Shown piece after piece: positions 45,814 through 55,174 of a stretch of DNA of 64,000 nucleotides. A program made the position numbers and the translations under genes. Numbering within the stretch: position 1 is the first letter of the stretch; each line of letters begins with the position of its first letter. The notes under the pieces are model-generated. The model worked only from the letters and a program-made list of their open reading frames with translations. It made no database searches and was not told the DNA's origin. The stretch comes from Gemmatimonadales bacterium (GTDB taxonomy: Bacteria; Gemmatimonadota; Gemmatimonadetes; Gemmatimonadales; GWC2-71-9), in the NCBI GenBank assembly GCA_035488835.1, contig DATHKX010000037.1, positions 1,602-65,601 of the forward strand. Reading direction: 5' to 3'.

Positions 45814-46671
45814 GTGGCGCTGGTCGCGAAGCCGGGGGGCCCTGATGGACCCACGTCGCACGACGTCGTCGACACCGTGCGTCGGGCCGTCGGGACCGAT
45901 CGGGTGGGTCACCTGGGAACGCTCGATCCGTTCGCGGCGGGGCTGCTCGTGATCGTGGTGGGCCGTGCCACACGGTTGGCGCCGTTCGCGGCGGCCTGGG
46001 CCAAGGCGTACGAGGGCGTGATCCGGCTGGGCGCCACGACCGCCACCGACGATGCGACCGGCGCTACGGTAGCGACGTCGGAGGCGTGGCATGCACTCGA
46101 TCGGGCGCGGGTGGAAGAGGCGCTGGCCGCGTTCCGCGGGGCGTACGACCAGCGGCCACCCGCGTACTCCGCGGTGAAAGTGGCCGGTGAGCGCGCGTAC
46201 CGCCGGGCTCGTCGCGGTGAGGGCGTGGTGCTGCGACCGCGACGGGTCGACGTGACGGAGCTCGAGCTCGAAAGCTTCACGCCCCCCGACGTGGGCTTCC
46301 GTGCCACGGTGAGTGGCGGGACGTACCTGCGCAGCCTGGCCCGCGACGTGGGCGAGGCGCTGGGCTGCGGGGCGCATCTCGCGACGCTCAGGCGGACGCG
46401 GGTCGGGACGTTCCGGCTCGCGGACGCCGTGGCGCCCGACGAGGTGACGGCCCGCGCGCTGCGCGATCCCGCGGAGCTGGTCCGCGACCTGCCGGCTCGA
46501 GATCTGGACGACGCGGGGCGTGCCGCGGTAGTTCACGGACGCCCGGTGCCGGTGGCAGACGGGACGCGGGAAACGGGAAACGTCGCTCTGTTCTGGAGCG
46601 GACACCTCGTCGCGGTCGCCGAGCGCGTCGGCGAGGTGCTCAAGCCCCGCGTCGTGGTGGTGGAGCAGTGA
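45814..46671 (+). CDS. truB: tRNA pseudouridine-55 synthase
   Basis: 285 aa. Motifs are KPGGPTSHDVV and VGHLGTLDPFAAGLL (catalytic Asp), followed by a PUA-like C-terminus. Confidence 0.95.
   Translation: MALVAKPGGPDGPTSHDVVDTVRRAVGTDRVGHLGTLDPFAAGLLVIVVGRATRLAPFAAAWAKAYEGVIRLGATTATDDATGATVATSEAWHALDRARVEEALAAFRGAYDQRPPAYSAVKVAGERAYRRARRGEGVVLRPRRVDVTELELESFTPPDVGFRATVSGGTYLRSLARDVGEALGCGAHLATLRRTRVGTFRLADAVAPDEVTARALRDPAELVRDLPARDLDDAGRAAVVHGRPVPVADGTRETGNVALFWSGHLVAVAERVGEVLKPRVVVVEQ
46561..46582. repeat. Third copy of the miaA G-rich motif (GGGACGCGGGAAACGGGAAACG) inside truB
   Basis: 19 of 22 identical to miaA 7144-7165 (GGGACACGGGACACGGGAAATG). Both copies are in frame and encode GTR[D/E]TGNV. 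Confidence 0.6.
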
Positions 46672-47567
46672 TGGGGGGGAGCACCGTCGCGACCGTCGGG
46701 ACGTTCGACGGGATCCATCGCGGGCACCAGGCCGTGCTGCGCGAGGTCGTGCGGCGGGCCGGGAAGGCGGGCGAGCGCACGACCCTGCTCGTCACGTTTG
46801 ACCCGCACCCCCTCGAAGTGGTGAACCCGAGCGCCGCGCCGCGGCTCCTCACGCTGTCCGACGAGAAGCGCGTGCTGGCGGCGGCGCTCGGCGTCGAGCG
46901 GGTCGAGGTCGTGGCGTTCACGCCGGAGCTGGCGCGTCTCGGTCCCGAGGAGTTCGTGCGTGACGTGCTACGGGCGCGCTTCGGGATGCAGGAGCTGGTT
47001 CTGGGGTACGACCATGGGTTCGGCCGTGGCCGCGTGGGCGACGTGGACATGGTGCGGCGGCTGGCGCGCGAGGACGGGTTCGCCATGGAGGTGGTCGCGG
47101 CCGTGAAGGACGACGGGCAGCCGATCTCGTCGTCGCTGATCCGGACGGCCGTGGCGCACGGGGACCTGGCATCGGCCGAGCGCGGGCTGGGGCGGCCGTA
47201 CAGTTTGCGGGCGGTGGTGGAGCGGGGCGCGGGGCGGGGCCGGACCATCGGGGTGCCGACCATCAACCTCACGTCACCCGACCCCCGCAAGCTGCTGCCG
47301 CCCGATGGGGTATATGCCGTGCGGGTGGAGATCGACGGCAAGCGGTACGGAGGCATGATGAATCAGGGTCCGCGGCCCACGTTCGGCGTGCACGCGCGCG
47401 GCCTCGAGGTTCATCTGTTCGACTTCACCGGCGATCTGTATGGGGCGACGGTGACCGTGGAGTGGGTGCGCCGGCTGCGGGATACCCAGACCTTCCCGTC
47501 GCGCCAGGTGCTGGTCGACCAGATCGAGCGCGACGCGGTCGCGGCGCGTGCGATCCTCAAGGGATAG
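46668..47567 (+). CDS. ribF: Bifunctional riboflavin kinase / FAD synthetase
   Basis: 299 aa. Motifs are VGTFDGIHRGHQAV, FDPHP, and the C-terminal kinase block GRTIGVPTINL ... LEVHLFDF. Confidence 0.95.
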   Translation: MMGGSTVATVGTFDGIHRGHQAVLREVVRRAGKAGERTTLLVTFDPHPLEVVNPSAAPRLLTLSDEKRVLAAALGVERVEVVAFTPELARLGPEEFVRDVLRARFGMQELVLGYDHGFGRGRVGDVDMVRRLAREDGFAMEVVAAVKDDGQPISSSLIRTAVAHGDLASAERGLGRPYSLRAVVERGAGRGRTIGVPTINLTSPDPRKLLPPDGVYAVRVEIDGKRYGGMMNQGPRPTFGVHARGLEVHLFDFTGDLYGATVTVEWVRRLRDTQTFPSRQVLVDQIERDAVAARAILKG

Positions 47568-47573
47568 ACTCGA

Positions 47574-49226
47574 ATGCGCACGATCCGCTCACGACTCATC
47601 GCCATCGGCGGGCTGCTCGTCCTCGCCGTGTGGCAGCTGATCCCCACCAACGTCACCCAGCGCGTACGCGACCCGGCGACCGGTCGCATGAAGGACACCA
47701 CGATCCGTCGCGTGCCCATCAACCTCGGCCTCGATCTGCAGGGCGGTATTCATCTGGCCCTCGAAGTCGACCAGTCGAAGGGCCCCGTCCCCGACTGCGC
47801 CGATGCCATCCAGCGCGCCGAGAAGGTGGTGCGCACGCGGATCGATGAGTTCGGCACCAGCGAGCCGGTCGTGCAGATCCAGGGGCGCTGCCGTCTCATC
47901 GTCGAGCTGGCGGGCGAGAAGGACCCGGCCCGCGCCAAGAGCATCATCCAGCGCACGGCGTTCCTCGAGTTCCGCATCACCGACATGAAGAACCTGTTCC
48001 GCGACGCGCTGCCCGAGATCGACAAGGCGCTGCGGCGGGCTGGGGTGACGGTAGCGGGCCAGGGGGCGGCGGCGGCGAGCGTGACGCAGCTGTTCGGTAC
48101 GGACACCGGGAAAGCGAAGGGCAAGGCGCCGAAAGGCAAGGCGGCGGCGAAGGATACGACCGACCTGAACGCCCCCGGCGCCCTCTCGTCGCTCCTCTTC
48201 CAGGGGCAGCTGCCCGGCGAGTATCTCGTGCCGGAAGAGCAGGTGCCGGTGGCCGAGAGCCTGCTGGCGCGGCCCGATGTGCAGCGGCTGATTCCCCGTG
48301 GCATCGAGCTCAGGTGGGGTACCGAGGTGTTGTCGCGTGCCGGCCGGAGCTACCGGACGCTCTACGCCGTGGAGGATCGGCCGATCATCACGGGTGAATA
48401 CCTCCAGGACGCGAAGGCCACGCGCGATCCGCTCACCAACCAGTCGGTGGTGAATTTCGTGCTGTCGCGGCGCGGCGGGCGCATCTTCGAGCGCGAGACG
48501 GGCCGCCACGTGAACGACTACATGGCGATCATCCTCGATGGCCGAGTGCAGGGACAGCCGCCGGTCATCAAGAGCCAGATCGGGCAGCGCGGACAGATCG
48601 AGCTGGGCGCAAAGCCGCTGCAGGACGCCCAGGATCTGGCGCTGGTGCTCAAGGCGGGGGCGCTGCCCGCTCCCCTCACGATCATCGAGGAGCGCACCAT
48701 CGGGCCGTCGCTGGGCCAGGACTCGATCCGGGACGGCATCCGTGCCGGTGTCGTGGGCGTGGCCCTCGTCGTGCTGATCATGGTGGGCTACTACCGGCTG
48801 TCGGGCGTGCTGTCCGTAGCCGCATTGGCGCTGTACGTCGTGTTTACGTTGGCCGGGCTCGCGGGCTTCGGGTTCACGCTCACGCTCCCGGGGCTCGCCG
48901 GACTGGTGCTGTCGGTCGGCATCGCGGTGGACGCGAACGTGCTGATCTTCGAGCGTATCCGCGAGGAGCTGCAGCACGGGAAGCTGGTGCGCACCGCCGT
49001 GGACGAGGGCTTCAAGCACGCCATGAGTGCCATCATCGACTCGAACGTGAGCACCGCGCTCACCGCCTTCATTCTCTATCTGGTCGGGACCGGCCCGGTG
49101 CAGGGCTTTGCGATCACCCTGATAATCGGTATCGCCGCCTCCATGATCACGGCCATCTTCGTGGTTCGTACCTTCTACATGATCTGGCTCGACCGCCGGC
49201 CGGACATGGCCACCCTGAGCGTCTGA
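47574..49226 (+). CDS. secD: Protein translocase subunit SecD
   Basis: 550 aa. Contains LGLDLQGG, a periplasmic domain, and a C-terminal six-TM bundle with GIAVDANVLIFERIREE. Confidence 0.95.
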   Translation: MRTIRSRLIAIGGLLVLAVWQLIPTNVTQRVRDPATGRMKDTTIRRVPINLGLDLQGGIHLALEVDQSKGPVPDCADAIQRAEKVVRTRIDEFGTSEPVVQIQGRCRLIVELAGEKDPARAKSIIQRTAFLEFRITDMKNLFRDALPEIDKALRRAGVTVAGQGAAAASVTQLFGTDTGKAKGKAPKGKAAAKDTTDLNAPGALSSLLFQGQLPGEYLVPEEQVPVAESLLARPDVQRLIPRGIELRWGTEVLSRAGRSYRTLYAVEDRPIITGEYLQDAKATRDPLTNQSVVNFVLSRRGGRIFERETGRHVNDYMAIILDGRVQGQPPVIKSQIGQRGQIELGAKPLQDAQDLALVLKAGALPAPLTIIEERTIGPSLGQDSIRDGIRAGVVGVALVVLIMVGYYRLSGVLSVAALALYVVFTLAGLAGFGFTLTLPGLAGLVLSVGIAVDANVLIFERIREELQHGKLVRTAVDEGFKHAMSAIIDSNVSTALTAFILYLVGTGPVQGFAITLIIGIAASMITAIFVVRTFYMIWLDRRPDMATLSV

Positions 49227-49227
49227 G

Positions 49228-50247
49228 ATGATCCGACTCTTCGCCAACGCCAATTACGATTTCATCAAGTGGCGCCGCTGGGCCTACGGGCTCACGGCCG
49301 CGATCATCATCCCGGGGTTCGCCCTGTTCCTGGTCCGCGGCCTGAACTACTCGATCGAGTTCACCGGCGGCACGTTGATCCAGGTCCAGACGGCCGAGCC
49401 CGTCGGACCGGAGCGCATCCGCAGCGCGCTCGACGCCGCCGGCATCCGCGACGCGGAGATCCAGCAGTTCGGGGCGGCCAACGAATACGTGATCCGGGCG
49501 CGCCTCGGGCGGGCGGACGCCGTCGTCGAGGGCTCGACCGAGACCACCGCGGCGGCGGTGGACTCGGCGCTGGCGCGGGCGCTGGGCGCGTCACCCGACC
49601 ACTACAAGATCCTCCGCACCGAGGCGGTCGGCCCGAAGGTGGGGCGCGAGCTCCAGGGCAAGGCGTTCCTGGCGATCTTCTTTTCGTTCATCGTCACCCT
49701 CGTCTATCTCGCCATCCGGTTCGAGTGGCGCTTCGGCCTGGCCGCCGTGCTCGCGACGGCGCACGACATCCTCAGCACGATCGCGTTCATCCGCTACCTC
49801 GACCTCGAAGTGAGCCTCGTCGTCGTGGGCGCGGTCCTGACGATGGTCGGCTACTCGCTCAACGACACGATCATCATCTTCGATCGCGTGCGGGAGAACC
49901 TGCGCAAGTTCCGGCGCCAGAACCTGTACGAGATCCTGAACCTCTCGATCAACGAGACGTTGCCGCGCTCCGTGTTGACGCACGGGACCACCATGGCGAC
50001 GACGATCGCGCTCGTGCTGCTCGCCGGCGAGGTGCTGCGGCCCTTCGCGCTGGTGATGACGTTCGCGATCTTCACGGGGACCTTCTCGTCGATCTACATC
50101 GCGGCCCCGCTCCTGATGTACATCGAGAAACGCTGGCCCGGCGAAGACGCGCGCGGCGCCCGGGCGCTCCGTCCGGCGGGTTCCGTGCCGCTCACCCCGC
50201 CCCCTTCCAGCGGCGGCTCCGAGGCCCGCTCCAAAGCGGCCGTGTGA
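49228..50247 (+). CDS. secF: Protein translocase subunit SecF
   Basis: 339 aa. Motifs are GLNYSIEFTGGT and GYSLNDTIIIFDRVREN. It follows secD by 1 nt. Confidence 0.95.
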   Translation: MIRLFANANYDFIKWRRWAYGLTAAIIIPGFALFLVRGLNYSIEFTGGTLIQVQTAEPVGPERIRSALDAAGIRDAEIQQFGAANEYVIRARLGRADAVVEGSTETTAAAVDSALARALGASPDHYKILRTEAVGPKVGRELQGKAFLAIFFSFIVTLVYLAIRFEWRFGLAAVLATAHDILSTIAFIRYLDLEVSLVVVGAVLTMVGYSLNDTIIIFDRVRENLRKFRRQNLYEILNLSINETLPRSVLTHGTTMATTIALVLLAGEVLRPFALVMTFAIFTGTFSSIYIAAPLLMYIEKRWPGEDARGARALRPAGSVPLTPPPSSGGSEARSKAAV

Positions 50248-50248
50248 C

Positions 50249-51019
50249 GTGCTGGTCGACGCCCACTGCCATCTCGGCGATGCGGCGTTCGACCCCGACC
50301 GCGATGCGGTCCTTACCCGCGCGCGGGAGGCCGGCGTCGGGCACGTCGTGGTCATCGGTGGCACGCTGGCGGAGAGCGAGCGGGCGGTCGCGCTCGCCCG
50401 GGGCCTCCCCGGCCTCTCCGCCACGGCCGGCATTCACCCCCATGAGGCACGTCACTGGTCGGCCGCCGCCGCCGCCCGCCTGAGAGACTTGCTCGCCCTA
50501 CCCGAAGTGGTGGCGCTCGGAGAAACGGGGCTCGATTACCATTACGACCATTCACCGCGGGACGCGCAGCGTCGTGCCTTCGAGGCCCAGCTCGCCCTCG
50601 CCCGCGAGGTCGGGAAGCCGGTCGTGGTGCACGCGCGCGAGGCCGATGACGACGTGGCTACGATGCTCCGGGGCGCGGATACGCCGGTCGTGCTGCATTC
50701 GTTCAGCTCGGGTCCGGTCGTGTTCGAGGCGGGGATGGCGATCGCCGCGTACTTTTCGTTCAGCGGCATGATCACTTTCAAGAACTGGACGATGACCGAC
50801 CGCCTGACCGCCTGCCCGCCCGACCGGCTGCTCGTCGAGACCGACGGTCCGTATCTTGCTCCCGTGCCTCATCGCGGGAAGCGCAACGAGCCGGCGTTCG
50901 TACGCGCCGTGGCGGAGGCGCTCGCGCGCGCCCGTGGAGAGTCGCTCGAGAGCATCGGCCAGCGCACGACGGACAACGCGTGCCGGCTCTTCGGAGCCCG
51001 GCTCGCCACGACCCTTTAG
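50249..51019 (+). CDS. TatD-family metal-dependent hydrolase
   Basis: 256 aa. Motifs are VDAHCHL, GETGLDYHY, VVVHAREA and ETDGPYL. Confidence 0.9.
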   Translation: MLVDAHCHLGDAAFDPDRDAVLTRAREAGVGHVVVIGGTLAESERAVALARGLPGLSATAGIHPHEARHWSAAAAARLRDLLALPEVVALGETGLDYHYDHSPRDAQRRAFEAQLALAREVGKPVVVHAREADDDVATMLRGADTPVVLHSFSSGPVVFEAGMAIAAYFSFSGMITFKNWTMTDRLTACPPDRLLVETDGPYLAPVPHRGKRNEPAFVRAVAEALARARGESLESIGQRTTDNACRLFGARLATTL

Positions 51020-51031
51020 CCGAGAGCATCC

Positions 51032-52714
51032 GTGACCACGACGGCCAAGGTACCCACCGACATCGCCATCGCTCAGGCGGCCAAGCTGCGTCCGGTGGCC
51101 GACATCGCCGCGGAGCTGGGGCTCGACGACGAGGAGATCGAGCTGTACGGCAAATACAAGGCGAAGGTGCGGCTCTCCGCGCTGGCGCGTCGCAAGCCCA
51201 AAGGTCGGCTGGTGCTGGTCACCGGGATCAACCCGACGCCGGCGGGTGAGGGGAAGTCCACGGTGACCGTTGGGGTGACACAGGCGCTGCGAAAGATCGG
51301 GAAAAATGCCGCGCTCTGCATCCGCGAGCCATCGCTCGGGCCCGTCTTCGGCGTGAAGGGCGGAGCCGCGGGCGGCGGGTATGCCCAGGTCGTCCCGATG
51401 GAAGACATCAACTTGCACTTCACGGGCGACTTCCACGCCATCGCGAGTGCGCACAACCTGCTGTCGGCGATGTTGGACGCGCATCTGCATCACGGCAACG
51501 CGCTCCGTCTCGACACCCGCCGCATCACCTGGCCCCGCACCATCGACATGAACGACCGCGCCCTGCGCAATGTGATCGTGGGACTCGGAGGGTTGAACGC
51601 CGGCCCCGCGCGCGAGGAGCGGTTCGTCATCATCCCCGGCTCGGAGATCATGGCCATCATGGCGCTGGCGACGGGCATCGAGGACCTGGAGCAGCGCCTC
51701 GCGCGCATCATCGTGGGGCTCACGTCCGACAAGCAGCCCGTGCGCGCCAGCGACCTGAAGGCCCAGGGGGCCATGACCCTGCTGCTCAAGGACGCGATCA
51801 ACCCGAACCTCGTGCAGACGCTCGAAGGCGGACCGGCGTTCATCCACTGCGGGCCGTTCGGGAACATCGCCCACGGCTGCAACTCGGTGGTGGCGACCAA
51901 GCTCGCGCTCACCCTGTGCGACGTGGTGCTCACCGAGGCGGGATTCGGGGCCGATCTCGGAGCCGAAAAGTTCTTCGACATCAAGTGCCGCATGGCGGGC
52001 TTGAACCCCGAGGCGGCGATCGTGGTCGCCACGGTGCGGGCCCTCAAGATGCACGGCGGGGTCAAGAAGGATGCGCTCGGCAAGGCCGACGTCGACGCCG
52101 TGAAGCGCGGCGCGACGAACGTGCGCCGCCACATCAGGAACGTGAAGCAGTTCGGCGTCCCGGTGATTGTGGCTCTCAATCGGTTCCTCACGGACACCGA
52201 CGCCGAGCTCGAAGCGGTGCGGGCCGAGTGCGCCGCGGAGGGGGTGGGCGTCGAGCTGTGCGAGGTGTGGGAGAAGGGCGGGGAGGGAGGCGTGGCGGTG
52301 GCCGAAGCGGTGCTGAAGCTGCTGGACGGCCGCACGGCGAAGTTCAAGCCCCTGTACGACGAGAAGCGGCCGATCCGGGAAAAGGTCGAGACGATCGCGA
52401 AGGAGATCTACGGGGCCGGGGGCGTGGCGTTCGCCCCTGCGGCGGAGCGGGCGCTCGAGCAGCTGCCCGCGATGGGGCTGGGCGAGACACCGGTGTGCAT
52501 GGCGAAAACGCAATACTCCTTCTCGGACGACCCGACCAAGCTCGGCGCGCCGAGCGGCTTCACGCTTCAGGTCCGGGACATTCTGCCTTCGGCGGGCGCG
52601 GGGTTCGTCGTGGCGCTCGCGGGCGACATCATGACCATGCCGGGGCTGTCGAAGACGCCCGCGGCCGAAAAGATCCGGGTGCACCCGGACGGCACGATCG
52701 AGGGACTCTTCTAA
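51032..52714 (+). CDS. fhs: Formate--tetrahydrofolate ligase
   Basis: 560 aa. Motifs are INPTPAGEGKSTVTVG, FHAIASAHNLL and GPFGNIAHGCNS. Confidence 0.97.
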   Translation: MTTTAKVPTDIAIAQAAKLRPVADIAAELGLDDEEIELYGKYKAKVRLSALARRKPKGRLVLVTGINPTPAGEGKSTVTVGVTQALRKIGKNAALCIREPSLGPVFGVKGGAAGGGYAQVVPMEDINLHFTGDFHAIASAHNLLSAMLDAHLHHGNALRLDTRRITWPRTIDMNDRALRNVIVGLGGLNAGPAREERFVIIPGSEIMAIMALATGIEDLEQRLARIIVGLTSDKQPVRASDLKAQGAMTLLLKDAINPNLVQTLEGGPAFIHCGPFGNIAHGCNSVVATKLALTLCDVVLTEAGFGADLGAEKFFDIKCRMAGLNPEAAIVVATVRALKMHGGVKKDALGKADVDAVKRGATNVRRHIRNVKQFGVPVIVALNRFLTDTDAELEAVRAECAAEGVGVELCEVWEKGGEGGVAVAEAVLKLLDGRTAKFKPLYDEKRPIREKVETIAKEIYGAGGVAFAPAAERALEQLPAMGLGETPVCMAKTQYSFSDDPTKLGAPSGFTLQVRDILPSAGAGFVVALAGDIMTMPGLSKTPAAEKIRVHPDGTIEGLF

Positions 52715-53106
52715 TGGCACTCAAGGCCCTGGGAATCGTGGTCGCGGAGGGCGCCCCCAAAGCGATCGGCCCCTACAGCCAGGCGGTGGTCGTGGACGGG
52801 ATGGTGTATACGGCGGGGCAGATTGCGCTCGACCCCAAGACCGGCGAGATCGTGGGCAAGACCACGGCGGAGCAGGCCGAGCAGGTGCTCAAGAATCTCG
52901 GGGCGATCCTCAAGGCCGCGGGCTCCGGGCTGGACCTGGTCGTGAAGACCACGGTGTATCTCATCGACCTGGCCGATTTTTCGGCGATGAACGAGGTGTA
53001 CGCGAAGCACTTCCCGACGCACAAGCCGGCACGTACCACCATACAGGCCGCGGCGCTGCCCAAGGCGGTGCGGGTGGAGATCGACGCGATCGCCAGGGTC
53101 GGGTAG
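52714..53106 (+). CDS. ridA: RidA/YjgF-family reactive-intermediate deaminase
   Basis: ATG 52714 shares one nucleotide with the fhs TAA. Motifs are APKAIGPYSQAV, TTVYLIDLADFSAMNEVY, PARTTIQAAALP and VEIDAIA. Confidence 0.92.
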   Translation: MALKALGIVVAEGAPKAIGPYSQAVVVDGMVYTAGQIALDPKTGEIVGKTTAEQAEQVLKNLGAILKAAGSGLDLVVKTTVYLIDLADFSAMNEVYAKHFPTHKPARTTIQAAALPKAVRVEIDAIARVG

Positions 53107-53116
53107 GGTCGAGGGT

Positions 53117-53668
53117 ATGACGCTCCGGGTGGTCGCTCTCGTGATCGCCATCGCAGGCTGCGCTGGCGGCGCGACCCGGTCGGTCCGCGACCGCCTGGCT
53201 CTCGTTCCCGCGCCCGACCGCCCGCTGGGCGAGCGCCTGATCGACGCCGATCGCGTCGTGGCGGGCCGGCTCGTCCGGGTCGAGGACGCCGACGAATACG
53301 AGCCGCTCGGCTCGATCGTGTTCGGGCTGTTCGGGGCGAAGGTCGTCGTGCCGGCGGCCTACAACGGGGAGCTGCGGGTGGACTCGACGCTGCTCGGCAA
53401 GCCTGGCTCCACGCTCTGGGTCACCTTCTTCGCGGCCCGGGGCGCCCGGATCCCGCAGCCGGGCGATACGGCGATCTGGGTGCTGCACCGCCGCGTCTTG
53501 TGGCGGTTGCAACAGTGCAGCGAGCGGCAGTCGCTCACGTCCACCGCGTGTCCGTACGACATCGGCCTCGCGCTCGATTCCGACGACGACGTCCGCCCCA
53601 TCGCGGAGTGGCCCCGCCTCCGCGCGGTTCTCGCCACCCTCCGCCCGAGCCCGGGGGTCCCGCAGTGA
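53117..53668 (+). CDS. Hypothetical lipoprotein
   Basis: 183 aa with the lipobox VIAIAGC. No recognisable family. Confidence 0.5.
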   Translation: MTLRVVALVIAIAGCAGGATRSVRDRLALVPAPDRPLGERLIDADRVVAGRLVRVEDADEYEPLGSIVFGLFGAKVVVPAAYNGELRVDSTLLGKPGSTLWVTFFAARGARIPQPGDTAIWVLHRRVLWRLQQCSERQSLTSTACPYDIGLALDSDDDVRPIAEWPRLRAVLATLRPSPGVPQ

Positions 53669-53685
53669 GGCTAGATTTGTCAGCC

Positions 53686-55125
53686 ATGAGATCCGCCATC
53701 CGATTCCTCGCCCGCGCCGCATGCGCTGCGCTTGCCGCGAGCGCGCTCCCCTGCGCCGGCGCGGCTCAGTCCGGCCTGGCCGCCACCGACCGCCAGCTCG
53801 CGCGCGACATCTTCCGCGAGCTCATCGAAATCAACACCACCGACTCCCTGGGAAACACGCCGCGCGCCGCCCGTGCCATGGCGCAGCGGCTCCTCGCCGC
53901 CGGCTTTCCCGCGGCAGACGTGCGCGTGCTGATCGGCCCCGATGCGCGTCACGGCAACCTCGTGGCCCGCTACCGCGGCACCGGCGCCGGCGGGGGGGGG
54001 CGCCCGATCATCGTGTTCGCACACCTGGATGTGGTGCCCGCGCGGCGGGCGGACTGGTCCGTCGACCCGTTCACCTTCCTCGAAAAGGACGGCTACTTCT
54101 ACGGGCGCGGCACCACTGACAACAAGGCGGGAGCCGCCATGCTCGTCGCCGACTTCATGCGGCTCAGGCGGGCGGGGTTCAAGCCGCGGCGCGATCTGGT
54201 CCTGATACTCGAGGGCGACGAAGAGACCGCGGGCAGCTGCATCGCGTGGCTGGTGGCGAAGCACCGGGACTTGATCGACGCGGAGTTCGCCCTGAACACC
54301 GACGCGGGCGGCGGGGTGTTGCGCGACGGACGCCGGGTCATGTTCGTGGTGCAGGCGAGCGAAAAGGTGTATGCCACCTACGTGCTCGAAGCCACCGATA
54401 AGGGCGGGCACAGCTCCCTCCCGCGGCCCGCGGACAATCCCGTGTACCGGCTCGCACCGGTGCTGGAGCGTCTGGCACAGTATCAGTTCCCGGTCAAGCT
54501 GAACGAGGTGTCCCGCGCGTTCTTCGAGCGCTCGGCCGCGCTCGAGAGCGGGTCCCTCGCCGACGACATGCGGGGAGTCCTGAGGGATCCCCCGGACAGC
54601 GCGGCCGTCGCGCACCTCTCGGCCGTCCCGTTCTACAATTCCAAGCTTCGGACGACCTGCGTCGCCACCATGATGGCGGCAGGGCACGCCGAGAACGCGC
54701 TGCCCCAGTCCGCCCGGGTCACCATCAATTGCCGTATCCTCCCGGGGGAGCCCGCGTCGGAAGTCGAGGCGACCCTGCGGCGCCTCGCCGCCGACGACCG
54801 CATGACGCTGCGCGAGACCAACACGCCGGTCCCCAGCCCACCATCCCCGCTCACCGCCGCGATCATGGGCCCGATCGAGCAGCTCGCCGCCGAGCAGTTC
54901 CCCAACGTCCCCGTCGTGCCGGTGATGGAAGCGGGCGCGACTGACGGGCTGTTCCTCCGCAACGCCGGGATCCCCACCTACGGTGTCTCGGCGGTGTTTG
55001 AAGAGCAGAACGACGTGCGAGCGCACGGTCGCGATGAGCGGCTCAGCGTGCAGAGCTTCTACGACGCGCTCGAGTTCTGGTACCGGATGATGCAGGCGTT
55101 CGCGTCGGACCGGTTGACGCGGTGA
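53686..55125 (+). CDS. Secreted M20/M28-type metallopeptidase (carboxypeptidase/deacylase family)
   Basis: ATG 53686 with a signal peptide. Motifs are IVFAHLDVVPA and FYGRGTTDNKAGAAM, with C-terminal HGRDERL. Confidence 0.85.
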   Translation: MRSAIRFLARAACAALAASALPCAGAAQSGLAATDRQLARDIFRELIEINTTDSLGNTPRAARAMAQRLLAAGFPAADVRVLIGPDARHGNLVARYRGTGAGGGGRPIIVFAHLDVVPARRADWSVDPFTFLEKDGYFYGRGTTDNKAGAAMLVADFMRLRRAGFKPRRDLVLILEGDEETAGSCIAWLVAKHRDLIDAEFALNTDAGGGVLRDGRRVMFVVQASEKVYATYVLEATDKGGHSSLPRPADNPVYRLAPVLERLAQYQFPVKLNEVSRAFFERSAALESGSLADDMRGVLRDPPDSAAVAHLSAVPFYNSKLRTTCVATMMAAGHAENALPQSARVTINCRILPGEPASEVEATLRRLAADDRMTLRETNTPVPSPPSPLTAAIMGPIEQLAAEQFPNVPVVPVMEAGATDGLFLRNAGIPTYGVSAVFEEQNDVRAHGRDERLSVQSFYDALEFWYRMMQAFASDRLTR

Positions 55126-55174
55126 CCGAAGCGGCGTATTTCAACACCGGAAGACCTGGTCGTCGGGTAGCCGC